A model generated the notes under the pieces. The model was given only the letters and a program-made list of their open reading frames with translations, did no database searches and was not told the DNA's origin. A DNA stretch of 64,000 nucleotides from Actinomycetota bacterium (GTDB lineage: Bacteria; Actinomycetota; Thermoleophilia; Miltoncostaeales; Miltoncostaeaceae), in contig JANMKR010000176.1 of NCBI GenBank assembly GCA_031372145.1, positions 1,876-65,875 on the forward strand, given 5' to 3'. Position numbers and translations under genes: made by a program. Positions 48,690 to 58,614 of the stretch are shown here, one piece after another (the stretch's first letter is position 1; each line of letters opens with the position of its first letter).

Positions 48690-48892
48690 CTAGTGCCCTG
48701 TCACGGAAGTTCTTTGACGGTTTGGCGAGTGAAAGCCCGCCGGACGAGGACGCAGTCTGTGCCCATATCGTTGGATATGGGTGCAGGCGAGGACAAAGCT
48801 CCAGGGGCGATTGCTCCTGCTGCCAGCGGATCGAATCCGGCGGAGCTTTGCAGCCGCCAAACCGTAAAGAGACTTCCGTGACAGGGCACTAG
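48690..48892. repeat. Palindromic MITE/REP-like element, copy B (long form, inverted relative to copy A)
   Basis: Near-perfect terminal inverted repeats CTAGTGCCCTGTCACGGAAGT... and ...ACTTCCGTGACAGGGCACTAG. It is collinear with the reverse complement of 23797-23937 except for a 63-nt insertion (48738-48800) carrying its own 8-bp hairpin CCCATATC-GTTG-GATATGGG. It fills the proC-yggT spacer. Confidence 0.85.
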
Positions 48893-49683
48893 AGCTCCGT
48901 GGCGCGGCGGGCGGCAGCGCGGACGGCATCGGCGACGTGCGCACGCACGCTCCCGCGTTCCAGCACGCCAATGCCCTCGATCGTCGTGCCCGCCGGCGAG
49001 CTGACGCGTTGGCGAAGGTCCGCAGGGTCGGTTCCGTCGGCCAGCAGCGCGGCGCTTCCGGCCAGCACGGCCTGCACCATCGCGCGCGCCTGATCACGGG
49101 CAAAGCCGATCGCGACCGCACCGTCTTCGAGCCCCTCGGCGATGAGCGCGACGAACCCGGGACCGCTGCCGACCAGGGCGGTCGCCGGGCCGATCAGGTG
49201 TTCTGGCATGTCGATCACGGCGCCGAGCGGCTCGAGGACGGTGCGCAAGGCCGCCTGGGTCGTTGCCGGCACATCGCGGGTCGCGACGGCGACGATGCCC
49301 GCCCCGTGACGCACGGCCAGGTTCGGCATCGTCCGCGCGATGCCGGCGGACGGGGCGAACGATCTGATCCGATCGATCTCCCAGCCGGCGATCACCGACA
49401 GCAACACCGTCTGTGGCGCCAGCGCGCCACCGATCTGCGTCAACGCCGCCTCGGCGTCCTTGGGCTTGACCGCGAGGATGATCAGGTCGCAACCGGCGAT
49501 GTCGGGGACCGATCCCACCTTGCCACCGACCTCCGTCGCCGCAGCCTGGGCGGCCGCCGGGATCGCATCGACCAGGACCGTGGTCGACGCCAGATCGGGG
49601 CGGCCGCGCACGAGGCCGACCGCCATGGCCCGACCCATCGCGCCACACCCCACCACACCGATGCTCCGCGGCCAGTCACTCAT
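48889..49683 (-). CDS. proC: Pyrroline-5-carboxylate reductase
   Basis: 264 aa with IGVVGCGAMGRAM Rossmann motif and the C-terminal SPAGTTIEG motif. Confidence 0.9.
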   Translation of the reverse strand: MSDWPRSIGVVGCGAMGRAMAVGLVRGRPDLASTTVLVDAIPAAAQAAATEVGGKVGSVPDIAGCDLIILAVKPKDAEAALTQIGGALAPQTVLLSVIAGWEIDRIRSFAPSAGIARTMPNLAVRHGAGIVAVATRDVPATTQAALRTVLEPLGAVIDMPEHLIGPATALVGSGPGFVALIAEGLEDGAVAIGFARDQARAMVQAVLAGSAALLADGTDPADLRQRVSSPAGTTIEGIGVLERGSVRAHVADAVRAAARRATEL

Positions 49684-49790
49684 GAGGACATCCTGACAGG
49701 GAGATGGGGTGCGAAGCGTCGTATCTCATACGCCGTGGACGGGCGGCCACGCCCAATGGCACTGAGCGGCGCACCGCGGGGCCCCCGGGG

Positions 49791-50336
49791 TCAGTATTGG
49801 TTGAAGAAGCCTTTCTCGAGGAGGCGCGCGCGCTCTTCGGCGGACACCTCGACGTTGCGTGGCGTCAGGAGGAACACCTTGTCGGCGACGCGTTGCATGC
49901 CACCGTCAAGCGCGTAGGTCAAGCCACTTGCGAAGTCGATCAACCGCTTGGCGAGGTCGGTCTCGGCGCTCTGGAGGTTGAGGATGACCGGCACGTTCGC
50001 CTTGAACTTGTCCGCGATCTGCTGCGCGTCGTTGAAGCTCTTGGGAACGATGAGGTGCACCTCCATCTGCGACCGGGCGGGTGCCTCGACCGCGCGGATC
50101 TGCGTCGAACGCGCTCCCGCTCCCATCGGCTGGTCCTCACCGAAGATCTCATCGAACTCGTCGCGACGACGCGGGCCCAGACGACGCACGTTGGGCCGCT
50201 CACGGTAGCTCTGCTCGAGTTCCTCCTGCGCGCGCGGCTGGGCTGCCCGCGGCTCCTGCTCCGGGAAGTCTTCCTCGTCATCATCGGCCATGCCGAAGTA
50301 GACGAGCGTTTTGTGCCACAGGTCAGAGACGGCCAT
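49791..50336 (-). CDS. sepF: Cell division protein SepF
   Basis: The N-terminal membrane-targeting helix LWHKTLVYFGM and a C-terminal core with PKSFNDAQQIADKFKANVPVILNL are present. Confidence 0.85.
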   Translation of the reverse strand: MAVSDLWHKTLVYFGMADDDEEDFPEQEPRAAQPRAQEELEQSYRERPNVRRLGPRRRDEFDEIFGEDQPMGAGARSTQIRAVEAPARSQMEVHLIVPKSFNDAQQIADKFKANVPVILNLQSAETDLAKRLIDFASGLTYALDGGMQRVADKVFLLTPRNVEVSAEERARLLEKGFFNQY

Positions 50337-50338
50337 CT

Positions 50339-51037
50339 TTAGCTCACCTGGCTTCGATCGATCAACGAACGTCCAATTCGCACAAACGTCGCACCTTCCT
50401 CCACAGCGACGGTGAAATCCTGACTGGTACCCATCGAAAGTTCCCTGAAATCATGCCTCCCAGACCATCGAATCGCCAGCTCATCGCGCAGCCTACGGAG
50501 TCGTTGGAAGTGTGGGCGGCTGTGTTCGGGATCTGGATCCGCGGGGGGCAGTGCCATCAGGCCGCCGAGCACGATCCACGGAAGCTCCGTAACCGACTCG
50601 ACAAATGTCTCGATTTGGCCGGGGAGAATACCATGCTTGGTGGGTTCTTCGCTGATGTTGACCGCGACAAGAACCCGGATCGGGCTCGCGACGCGCGACT
50701 GGATCTCGTGTGCAAGGCGCACCGAATCGACGGAGTGGATCAGCCGTGCCACGGCCAACACCGCGGGAACCTTGCGTCGCTGAAGGTGACCGATGAAGTC
50801 GAATGTGAGCGTGTCGCCGACGACCGCGCGCTTGGCCTCAAGATCCTGCAGCCGGTTCTCGCCGATCACCGGCGCCCCCGCGGCGACGAGGATCGGCGCG
50901 TCCTGCGCAGGCACGTATTTGCCTGCCAGGACGATCTCGACGTCGGCCGCGGTGCGCCCTGAGCGCCGAGCCGCCACGTCGATCTGCCCACGTGCCTCTG
51001 CGAGCGCCACGCGCAGCCGGTCCGCGTCAATCATCAC
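50339..51037 (-). CDS. yggS: YggS-family PLP homeostasis protein
   Basis: 232 aa with the alanine-racemase N-terminal-like fold, VAVNISEEPTKHG and MGTSQDFTVAVEEGATFVRIG. Confidence 0.85.
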   Translation of the reverse strand: MMIDADRLRVALAEARGQIDVAARRSGRTAADVEIVLAGKYVPAQDAPILVAAGAPVIGENRLQDLEAKRAVVGDTLTFDFIGHLQRRKVPAVLAVARLIHSVDSVRLAHEIQSRVASPIRVLVAVNISEEPTKHGILPGQIETFVESVTELPWIVLGGLMALPPADPDPEHSRPHFQRLRRLRDELAIRWSGRHDFRELSMGTSQDFTVAVEEGATFVRIGRSLIDRSQVS

Positions 51038-51777
51038 GGCCGGATCGCAATGAGGCCCGCGTGCCGGCCGGTGCGCGCGCCGTCACGACGGTATGAGTAA
51101 AAGCGGTCGGGATTGCACGATGTGCACGCTCCCACGTTCGTGACCTGGGGCACGCCGGCCTCTGCCAACGCGATCTGGGCAGCGGTGACTAGATCGACGG
51201 TGCCGCCCTGAACGGTCGCCGAGCCGAACCGATCGGCAAAACGCGCCCGCAGCCCGACATCGACCGGATAACAACAGGGCCCGACGCCAGGGCCGATCGC
51301 TGCGGATATCTGGGCCGGATTGCCGAGCGCCGCCACGACGTTCGCGAGCACGCCGTCCACCAACCCACGCCACCCCGCGTGGACCGCCGCGACCCGCGCT
51401 TCGTCGCGCCGCCACAGCAGCACGGGCAGGCAGTCGGCTCCGAGCACCACCAGCGCGATGCCAGAACGATCCGTGACGAGACCGTCCCCGTGCGGCCACC
51501 CGGACAGCGCGCCCGTGAACCGGCCGGGGCGCGACGGGGCGTCGATGTTGCGGACGTCGGTGCCATGCACTTGGTGACCAATGGTCACGCGTTCAGGATC
51601 GACGTCGACGGTCGCGCACAGGCGCGAGCGGTTCTCGCGAACCTTCGCAAGGTCGTCGCCGGTCGCAGCTCCCAGGTTGAGTCCCGCCCAGGGGCCCGCG
51701 CTCACTCCGCCCGCCCGGGTGGTGAAACAGGCCGTCACGCCGTGCCCGGCGGCGACGTCGATCACGGCGAGACTCAC
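51034..51777 (-). CDS. pgeF: Peptidoglycan editing factor / YfiH laccase-domain protein
   Basis: GTG 51777 overlaps the upstream stop as GTGA. Motifs FTTRAGGVS, GADCLPVLL, HAGWRG and CTSC...FYSYRR are present. Confidence 0.8.
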   Translation of the reverse strand: MSLAVIDVAAGHGVTACFTTRAGGVSAGPWAGLNLGAATGDDLAKVRENRSRLCATVDVDPERVTIGHQVHGTDVRNIDAPSRPGRFTGALSGWPHGDGLVTDRSGIALVVLGADCLPVLLWRRDEARVAAVHAGWRGLVDGVLANVVAALGNPAQISAAIGPGVGPCCYPVDVGLRARFADRFGSATVQGGTVDLVTAAQIALAEAGVPQVTNVGACTSCNPDRFYSYRRDGARTGRHAGLIAIRP

Positions 51778-52946
51778 CCCACGCTCCTGCGAGCAGCGTC
51801 GCATGCGATCACGAGCTGCGCACCGGCATCGCCGTCCACCTCGCCGTCCAGGAGCGCGATACGGGCGGCAGCGAGCCCCCGGCCGATCGCCGGACCTGGC
51901 GGGATGCCCGCGGCGACCAGATCCTCGCCCGAGATCGCAAGGCGGATGTCGCGCATCGTCGCCCACCAACCCGCGATCGCTGCGGCTCCGTCGGCGTGGG
52001 CGACCACGGCGGTTGCGGGCTTGGCGCCACGCACGACGTCATCCACCCGCGACGGTCGACCCGCAGCCGCCAGGCGTTCCGCGAGTTGCGGTGCCGCCGC
52101 CGCCTCGGCCGCAATCCCCCGTGCCCAACCATCCACCGCGGCCCGTTGGACCGCCTGCGGTGCGACCGAACATCCCATCCGCAGCGCCCACGGCTCCAGA
52201 CGAGGTGCGCCCGGCAGTCGCAGCGACGCATCGATCGCCGCGAACCGTCGCGTCAAGACCGCCGCATCGCCGTGAAGCCACGTGACGCCAAGCGCAATGG
52301 CGAGCCCGACCGCCGCCGCCGCCGAGGGTTCGGTGAACATGCGCCGCAGCTCGTCACCCACACGCGCCGACGTGATGTCCAGATCCGGGGCGCTCGCCCG
52401 AGCGGCGGCTTCGGTGGCGGGGTCGAACGCGAACCCGAGCCGTGCTGCGTAGCGCACCCCGCGGAGCAGCCGTGTCGGGTCTTCGACGAAGCTGTCGGCG
52501 CGAAGCGCACGGATGACACCCGCGTCCAGGTCGGCTCGTCCACCCAACGGGTCGACCACCTCCCCCGTCGCAGGACCGGTCAGCCGGTAGGCAATCGCAT
52601 TGACCGTGAAGTCACGGCGTGCCAGGTCGTCAACCAGCGTTCCCGGTTCGACGACGGGCAGCGCACCGGGATGGGGGTAGCGCTCACGGCGCGCCGTCGC
52701 GATGTCGATCCACCGCTCGTGCGGCAACTCCACGATTGCGGTGCCGAACCGTCCGTGCGTGACCACCCGGGCATTCAGGTCATGCCCCAAACGCTCGGCA
52801 AGCGCAAGCGCATCGCCCTCGACGACCAGATCGATGTCCTCGCTCTCCTCGACTCCCAACAGCGCATCGCGAACCGCGCCGCCGACCAGACTCACCGGCA
52901 CATCCATCAATGGCAGCGCCCGTACGAGGGCCGGGTGCGCTTGCAC
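51774..52946 (-). CDS. CCA-adding enzyme / poly(A) polymerase family nucleotidyltransferase (no HD domain)
   Basis: Motifs LVGGAVRDALLG...DIDLVV and RRDFTVNA are present. The start is ambiguous (GTG 52976, GTG 52946 or ATG 52907). The ORF-track N-terminus up to 53312 is judged non-coding in this frame. Confidence 0.7.
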   Translation of the reverse strand: MQAHPALVRALPLMDVPVSLVGGAVRDALLGVEESEDIDLVVEGDALALAERLGHDLNARVVTHGRFGTAIVELPHERWIDIATARRERYPHPGALPVVEPGTLVDDLARRDFTVNAIAYRLTGPATGEVVDPLGGRADLDAGVIRALRADSFVEDPTRLLRGVRYAARLGFAFDPATEAAARASAPDLDITSARVGDELRRMFTEPSAAAAVGLAIALGVTWLHGDAAVLTRRFAAIDASLRLPGAPRLEPWALRMGCSVAPQAVQRAAVDGWARGIAAEAAAAPQLAERLAAAGRPSRVDDVVRGAKPATAVVAHADGAAAIAGWWATMRDIRLAISGEDLVAAGIPPGPAIGRGLAAARIALLDGEVDGDAGAQLVIACDAARRSVG

Positions 52947-52976
52947 CGCCGCTGCGATCCGCTCAGAATCCGTCAC

Positions 52977-53231
52977 GTGGCCTATGACCCGCTCTCCGAA
53001 AAGCTCCGCGCGACGACGCCCGTCGCGATTCCCGAACTGATCGAGCTGTTCGCGCAGTTCGAAGGCCTCCCGCTGACTGAACTGCAGGCGGCGTTCGCGG
53101 CCTGCGAAGCCAGGTTCCGCGCATGGGTCGAGGCGCCCGAGAATGCCGGCAAACCCATCAGCGCCGCCCCCGACTACCTTGAGCGGATCGCGTTGGACAG
53201 CCTGGTCGAACGTCGAATGTGGGCCGAGTAG
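52977..53231 (+). CDS. Small hypothetical protein (84 aa)
   Basis: GTG 52977 opens VAYDPLSEKLRATTPVAIPELIELFAQFEGLPLTELQAAFAACEARFRAWVEAPENAGKPISAAPDYLERIALDSLVERRMWAE. By my count the GC at codon position 3 is about 81 percent, against about 69 percent for the codon-aligned antisense frame. The composition is protein-like, whereas the antisense frame is R/G-rich. Confidence 0.4.
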   Translation: MAYDPLSEKLRATTPVAIPELIELFAQFEGLPLTELQAAFAACEARFRAWVEAPENAGKPISAAPDYLERIALDSLVERRMWAE

Positions 53232-53232
53232 C

Positions 53233-53640
53233 TCAATCGACCGGCGTCGTGCCGGGAATGATCGCCACCGCCTCGATCTCGACGCGTGCCCCCAACGGGA
53301 GTGCCGCGACACCGATCGTCGCGCGCGCGGGCGCGTGATCTGTGAATGCCTTCGCGTAAATGTCGTTCATCGCGCCGAAGTCGTCGAAGTCCTTGAGGTA
53401 CACCGTGGTCTTGACCACCTGGTGCAGACTCGATCCCGCCTCGGCGAGGATCGCGGCGATGTTGCGCAGCACGAGCGCGGTCTGAAGGCGGATGTCGTCC
53501 TCGATGAGCCGGCCCGAGAGCGGATCAATCGGGACCTGCCCCGACACGTAGACGACCTCACCGGGCGTCGCGGCGATCGCCTGACTGTACGGGGCGCCCT
53601 GCACGGGCGCCGGCGCCTTCTCTGTGCGAATGGTTCTCAT
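53233..53640 (-). CDS. ridA: RidA/YjgF-family reactive-intermediate deaminase
   Basis: Starts at ATG 53640 (MRTIRTEKAPAPVQGAPYSQAI...GQVPIDP...). The C-terminal motif ARATIGVAALPLGARVEIEAVA is present. Confidence 0.85.
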   Translation of the reverse strand: MRTIRTEKAPAPVQGAPYSQAIAATPGEVVYVSGQVPIDPLSGRLIEDDIRLQTALVLRNIAAILAEAGSSLHQVVKTTVYLKDFDDFGAMNDIYAKAFTDHAPARATIGVAALPLGARVEIEAVAIIPGTTPVD

Positions 53641-53675
53641 CGGTCCGACACTAGCGCCTCCACCCCGCTGCGGGT

Positions 53676-54629
53676 TCATCCCAGCCAATCGGACATCTGT
53701 TGCGGGGTCAGATTGCCTCCACAGAGGATCGTTGCGACGCGGCGACCGCGCCATCGTTCGTGCGCCATGATCGCGGCCACCCCAACTGCGCCGGACGGCT
53801 CCACCACGAGTCCCAGATGTTCGTGAATGAGTCGCATCGCATCGATGATCTGCTGGTCTGCGACGAGCACGATGTCGTCGGTCACCGGCCCGATGTCCTG
53901 CAACGCTTGCGCAACCGGGATACGTACGCCGATGCCATCAGCGATCGTCGTGATGTGCTCGTGCGTGACGGTACGGCCAGACCGCCACGACTGCTCCATT
54001 GCCGGCGCACCCTCGGCGCACACGCCGATCACCTGTGTGGACGGGCTTGCGTGTTTGATCCAACACCCAACACCGGCGAGCAGCGCGCCATTGCCGAGCG
54101 GGATGAGGATGGCGTCGAGCGACGGGCCGTTACGTGTCAACTCGATTCCGATCGTGCCCGCCCCGATGGTGGGTTCAAGATCGCGACTGTCTTCGACGAA
54201 GCGTTCGGCGCGTTGTCTGGCAAACACCCGGGCCGCAGCCTTGGCATCGTCGAAGTCGTCTCCCTCCAATCTCACCTGCGCGCCCAGCGCTCGCATGCGC
54301 GCCAGCTTCAGCGGATTGGCCGTTCGGGCTGCGAACACCGTCAGCTCGACCTCGTGGTGTCGCGCCGCGTAGGCCATCCCCTGACCAAAATTTCCGGCCG
54401 AGGCGCAGACGACCGGGCCACCACCCGCGTCGACGTGGCGATGCATGAAGTACTCGGCCCCGCGCCCTTTGAACGACCGGATGGGGTTGAGCGTCTCGAC
54501 CTTGACCACCAGCTCGACGCCCAGCGCCGCCGTCAATGGCTCCGATATGAATTGTGGGCTGTCACAGAACACGGGGTCGATCACCGCGGCGGCCGCGGCG
54601 ATCGCATCGGGTGTGACACGAACGGTCAC
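53676..54629 (-). CDS. PLP-dependent threonine/serine dehydratase family enzyme (short, no regulatory domain)
   Basis: [17 protein letters not shown] carries the PLP-lysine motif, and the glycine-rich SAGNFGQG loop is present. 317 aa. Confidence 0.75.
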   Translation of the reverse strand: MTVRVTPDAIAAAAAVIDPVFCDSPQFISEPLTAALGVELVVKVETLNPIRSFKGRGAEYFMHRHVDAGGGPVVCASAGNFGQGMAYAARHHEVELTVFAARTANPLKLARMRALGAQVRLEGDDFDDAKAAARVFARQRAERFVEDSRDLEPTIGAGTIGIELTRNGPSLDAILIPLGNGALLAGVGCWIKHASPSTQVIGVCAEGAPAMEQSWRSGRTVTHEHITTIADGIGVRIPVAQALQDIGPVTDDIVLVADQQIIDAMRLIHEHLGLVVEPSGAVGVAAIMAHERWRGRRVATILCGGNLTPQQMSDWLG

Positions 54630-55384
54630 GCCACTCGCACGGAGACCCCCGCGGCGGCCATTGCCTTCTTGACCTGGGCGATCGAGTAGACGCCATCGTG
54701 GAAGACGGATGCCGCGAGTACGGCGTCAGCGTGGCCTTTGGTGACGGCTTCGGCGAAATGCTCGAGCGTGCCGGCGCCGCCTGAGGCGATGACCGGGACG
54801 CGGACGGTGTCGTTGATCGCGGCGAGCAAGTCCGTGTCGAACCCGTCTTTGGTGCCGTCGCGATCCATGCTCGTCACGAGTAGCTCGCCCGCCCCGCGCT
54901 CGGCGACCTCGCGCGCCCACGCGACGGCTTCGATGCCGGTCTCCAGGCGTCCGCCGTTGAGGTACACCTCCCAGCCCGTGCCATCGTCGCGACGCTTGGC
55001 GTCGATCGCGACGACGATGCACTGAGATCCAAAACGGTTCGCGCAACGCTCGATCAGCTCAGGATCACGCAGGGCGGCCGAGTTGATCGACACCTTGTCG
55101 GCCCCCGCCGCCAGAACCTCACGCACGTCCTCCACGGAGCGCAGACCACCTCCGATCGTGAACGGGATGAAGACCTCTTCTGCAGTGCGTCGGGCGAGTT
55201 CGACGATCGTGCGGCGCTGCTCATGACTCGCGGTGATGTCCAGGAACACCAGCTCGTCAGCGCCCTCCGCGTCGTATCGGGCGGCGAGCTCCACCGGATC
55301 GCCGGCATCGCGCAAGCCCACGAAGTTGACGCCCTTGACGACGCGCCCCTCCTTGACGTCCAGGCACGGCACGACCCGGATCAC
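54626..55384 (-). CDS. hisF: Imidazole glycerol phosphate synthase, cyclase subunit
   Basis: [20 protein letters not shown] is the canonical HisF N-terminus. 252 aa. Confidence 0.95.
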   Translation of the reverse strand: MIRVVPCLDVKEGRVVKGVNFVGLRDAGDPVELAARYDAEGADELVFLDITASHEQRRTIVELARRTAEEVFIPFTIGGGLRSVEDVREVLAAGADKVSINSAALRDPELIERCANRFGSQCIVVAIDAKRRDDGTGWEVYLNGGRLETGIEAVAWAREVAERGAGELLVTSMDRDGTKDGFDTDLLAAINDTVRVPVIASGGAGTLEHFAEAVTKGHADAVLAASVFHDGVYSIAQVKKAMAAAGVSVRVA

Positions 55385-56121
55385 GCAGCGTCTCCGCGCA
55401 GCACCGCGAGGGCCTCCGCAATCGTGAACCTGCCCTCATAGAGTGCGCGACCGACGATCACGCCGGACAGGTTCGGCAGGCCCAAGTCGCGCAGCGCAAT
55501 CAGATCGGCCAGCGACGAAATCCCGCCGGAGGCGACAAGACGCAGCGGCGGTGCGACCTCGGACAGACGCCGCAACGCGTTGAGGTTCGGTCCGCTCAAC
55601 GTGCCGTCTCGGATGATGTCGGTGTAGATCAGGTGCCGCACCCCCGTGCCGACGAGCTCCGCGGCGACATGTGTCGCGTCACGGTCGCTGACCTGGGTCC
55701 AGCCGTGGGTCGCGACCTTGCCCTCGCGAGCGTCGATGGCCACCGCCAAACGATCCTCCAGACGCCTGACCGCCCATTCCAACAACTCCCGGTCCTGAAG
55801 CGCGACCGTCCCCAGGACGACCCGGTGCACACCCGTCGCCACTGCGGTCTCGATCGCCGCCTTGGTACGCAACCCACCGCCCAGTTGCACGTCACCGGGA
55901 AAGCGGTTCGCGATCTCGGCCACGAGTGGCGCCTGTGCCGGGACCCCTTCGCGGGCCCCATCCAAATCGACGACGTGGAGGGCCGTCGCGCCGTCGTCGG
56001 CGAACAGCTGCGCCTGCGCGACCGGGTCCTCGTTGAACGTGGTCGACGCGGCGAAGTCGCCTTGCACCAGCCGCACCGCAAGGCCGTCCTGCAGATCGAT
56101 CGCCGGATACAAGGTGATCAT
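55381..56121 (-). CDS. hisA: ProFAR isomerase (HisA/PriA)
   Basis: ATG 56121 overlaps the hisH stop as [27 protein letters not shown] is the canonical start. Confidence 0.9.
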   Translation of the reverse strand: MITLYPAIDLQDGLAVRLVQGDFAASTTFNEDPVAQAQLFADDGATALHVVDLDGAREGVPAQAPLVAEIANRFPGDVQLGGGLRTKAAIETAVATGVHRVVLGTVALQDRELLEWAVRRLEDRLAVAIDAREGKVATHGWTQVSDRDATHVAAELVGTGVRHLIYTDIIRDGTLSGPNLNALRRLSEVAPPLRLVASGGISSLADLIALRDLGLPNLSGVIVGRALYEGRFTIAEALAVLRGDAA

Positions 56122-56753
56122 GCGACGACCACCCCCGACTCGACATGGACGAGCCAGCGCTGCAGGAGCGCCAGGCCGGATCGGCTGGACTTCTCGGGGT
56201 GGAACTGGACCCCCATGACGTTGCCTTCCCCCGCGATCGCGCAGAAGGGCACGCCGTGCTCGGCCGCACCCCAGCATGCCGCGCGGTCCGTCGGCTCGAC
56301 CCCATAGCTGTGCAGAAAATAGTATGTCGACGGGTCGCCCGGGTCGCTGGTCGCGATCGGCGCCCGCTCTGACCACCGCACCTGCGCCCAGCCGATGTGG
56401 GGGATCTTGGCATCGGTGTGCAGGCGCTTGACGGTGCCACGGAGCAAACCGAGGCCCGGGACATCCGGCTCCTCTTCGCTCGACTCGAAGAGCACCTGCA
56501 AACCGATGCAGATGCCCAGGACGGGTGTACCCGCGGCCGCGAAGTCGATGATCGCGCGATCCAGGCCGGCGCCGCGCAAGCGCCTCATGGCCTCACCGAA
56601 ATGCCCGTCCCCAGGGAGCACGATCGCTTGTGTCCCGGCCATCTCGTCAGGGGTACGCGCGATCGTCACCTGAGCCCCGAGGCGCTCCATTGCCTTCGCT
56701 GCGCTGCGCAGGTTGCTCATCTCGTAGTCGAGGACCGCGACCCGAAGGCTCAC
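56118..56753 (-). CDS. hisH: Imidazole glycerol phosphate synthase, glutaminase subunit
   Basis: GTG 56753 overlaps the hisB stop as GTGA. Motifs VAVLDYEMSNLRS, PVLGICIGLQ and GVQFHPEKS are present. Confidence 0.9.
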   Translation of the reverse strand: MSLRVAVLDYEMSNLRSAAKAMERLGAQVTIARTPDEMAGTQAIVLPGDGHFGEAMRRLRGAGLDRAIIDFAAAGTPVLGICIGLQVLFESSEEEPDVPGLGLLRGTVKRLHTDAKIPHIGWAQVRWSERAPIATSDPGDPSTYYFLHSYGVEPTDRAACWGAAEHGVPFCAIAGEGNVMGVQFHPEKSSRSGLALLQRWLVHVESGVVVA

Positions 56754-57337
56754 AAGCTGCCTTTCGTCGACGGCACGCCGGTGACGCGGGGGTTCGGTGC
56801 CACCGCCACGCGGAGCGCGCGTGCCACCGCCTTGAAGCACGCCTCGATGACGTGGTGCGGATTTTCGCCGGCCAGGAGTCGCAGATGCAGCGTCAGCTTG
56901 GCGTGGTTGGCAAGGCCCCGCAAGAACTCCTCGAGCAGATCGGTCTCGAAACCGCCGACAACCGTGGCGGGGAGGGCCACGTCGCAGGCGACGAACGGAC
57001 GCCCTGAGATGTCGATCGCCGCCTGTGCCAGGCACTCGTCCATCGGCACGAGCGCCGACCCGTACCGCTCGATGCCGGCGCGGTCACCGAGCGCCTGGTC
57101 AAGCGCCTGTCCGATGACGATGCCGGTGTCCTCGACCGTGTGGTGGCTTCCGGTCGCAAGGTCGCCGCGGGTCTCGACTTCCAGGTCGATCAGGCTGTGA
57201 CGGGCGAGCAGGGTCAACATGTGGTCAAAGAACCCCACGCCGGTCGCGGTGGTGATCGCGCCCGTGCCGTCGAGTTCGACGATGACGTGCACATCGGTCT
57301 CTGCCGTCGTGCGCCGGACCTCTCCACGTCGACTCAT
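56750..57337 (-). CDS. hisB: Imidazoleglycerol-phosphate dehydratase
   Basis: ATG 57337 overlaps the hisD stop as ATGA. Motifs RTTAETDV, GFFDHML, DLATGSHHTVEDTGI and NPHHVIEACFKA are present. Confidence 0.9.
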   Translation of the reverse strand: MSRRGEVRRTTAETDVHVIVELDGTGAITTATGVGFFDHMLTLLARHSLIDLEVETRGDLATGSHHTVEDTGIVIGQALDQALGDRAGIERYGSALVPMDECLAQAAIDISGRPFVACDVALPATVVGGFETDLLEEFLRGLANHAKLTLHLRLLAGENPHHVIEACFKAVARALRVAVAPNPRVTGVPSTKGSL

Positions 57338-58614
57338 TCTGCTGCTCCTTCGCACGTGATTCTCGCCGCCCGCACCTCGGCGGATCGGCGGTGATTGGCA
57401 AACCCCTCGGCATCAGCGATGGCTGCGAGGTAGGGCGTCAGTCTGGTCACGGCGGCGTCCGGAAGCGCGACGACCGACATGCGACGCATGAAGGTGGCCG
57501 CCGACACCCCCGATGCGAAACGTGCAGCACCACCAGTCGGGAGGATGTGGTTCGAGCCGGCGACGTAGTCGCCGAACGCGGTTCCACCGTTCGCCCCGAC
57601 GAACACGGCACCTGCCTGGCGCACGTCATCGGCCAGACGCACGGCATCGGCGACCTGCAGTTGCAGGTGTTCCGGTGCGAATGCCTCTGCGAAGCGCAGC
57701 GCCGAATCCATGCTCGGGCAATCGATGAGCGTCACCGTGCCCGGGGTCTCACTCTCGGCGAGCACACCGGCGACGGCGCTGACGAGCGCCCGGTCCGGGC
57801 TCGCAAGGATCGCGGGTGAATCCGGGCCATGTTCCGCCTGTCCCAGCAGGTCTGCGGCGATTTCGACCGGGTCGGCGTCACCGTCGGCGACGACGACAAG
57901 CTCGCTCGGACCGGCGATCGCGTCGATCCCCACCGAACCGAACACCTGGCGCTTGGCCTCCTGCACCCATGCGCTGCCGGGACCTGCGATGACCGACACG
58001 GCGCCGATCGTCTGCGTGCCGAACGCGAGCGCCGCAATCGATCCCGGGCCTCCCACGGCATACACCTCGTCCAACTCGAGGAGCCCGGCCGTGCCCAGGA
58101 TGACGCCGTGCGCCACCCCATCCGTGGTGGGCGGCGTCACCACCGCGATGCGACCGACCCCCGCGACCTGTGCGGGGACTGCAGCCATGATCAGGCTGGA
58201 TGGATACGCGGCGCGCCCGCCCGGCACGTACACACCGGCGGCAACGACCGGCAACTGACGAACCGTGATTTGTTGCCCGAGCGGCAACGCCGCCGAGACG
58301 TCGGCTGGTCGCGTCGCCTGGGCCAGCGCACGGACCTGCGCGGCCGCGACCAGGATCGCCTCCCGCAACGCGGGGTCGAGGTCGGCGACGGCACGCGCAA
58401 TCGCATCCTGCGGCACGCGGATCTGGTCGTGCGTAAAGCCGGCACAGTCGAAACGCCGGGTCAGCTCCACGAGCGCGTCGTCACCATGGGCCCGGACGTC
58501 GGCGATGATCTCGGCAACGCGCTCGGCAATGGCGGCATCCGGCGGGGGCGGCGCCAGCGCACCGGCAAGCCGCTGCGCGCCGTCGGGCTCCAGCGTGACA
58601 CGACGAACGTTCAT
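57334..58614 (-). CDS. hisD: Histidinol dehydrogenase
   Basis: 426 aa with typical HisD sequence (GGPGSIAALAFGT, AGPSE, QAEHGPDS, APEHLQL). Confidence 0.95.
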   Translation of the reverse strand: MNVRRVTLEPDGAQRLAGALAPPPPDAAIAERVAEIIADVRAHGDDALVELTRRFDCAGFTHDQIRVPQDAIARAVADLDPALREAILVAAAQVRALAQATRPADVSAALPLGQQITVRQLPVVAAGVYVPGGRAAYPSSLIMAAVPAQVAGVGRIAVVTPPTTDGVAHGVILGTAGLLELDEVYAVGGPGSIAALAFGTQTIGAVSVIAGPGSAWVQEAKRQVFGSVGIDAIAGPSELVVVADGDADPVEIAADLLGQAEHGPDSPAILASPDRALVSAVAGVLAESETPGTVTLIDCPSMDSALRFAEAFAPEHLQLQVADAVRLADDVRQAGAVFVGANGGTAFGDYVAGSNHILPTGGAARFASGVSAATFMRRMSVVALPDAAVTRLTPYLAAIADAEGFANHRRSAEVRAARITCEGAAE

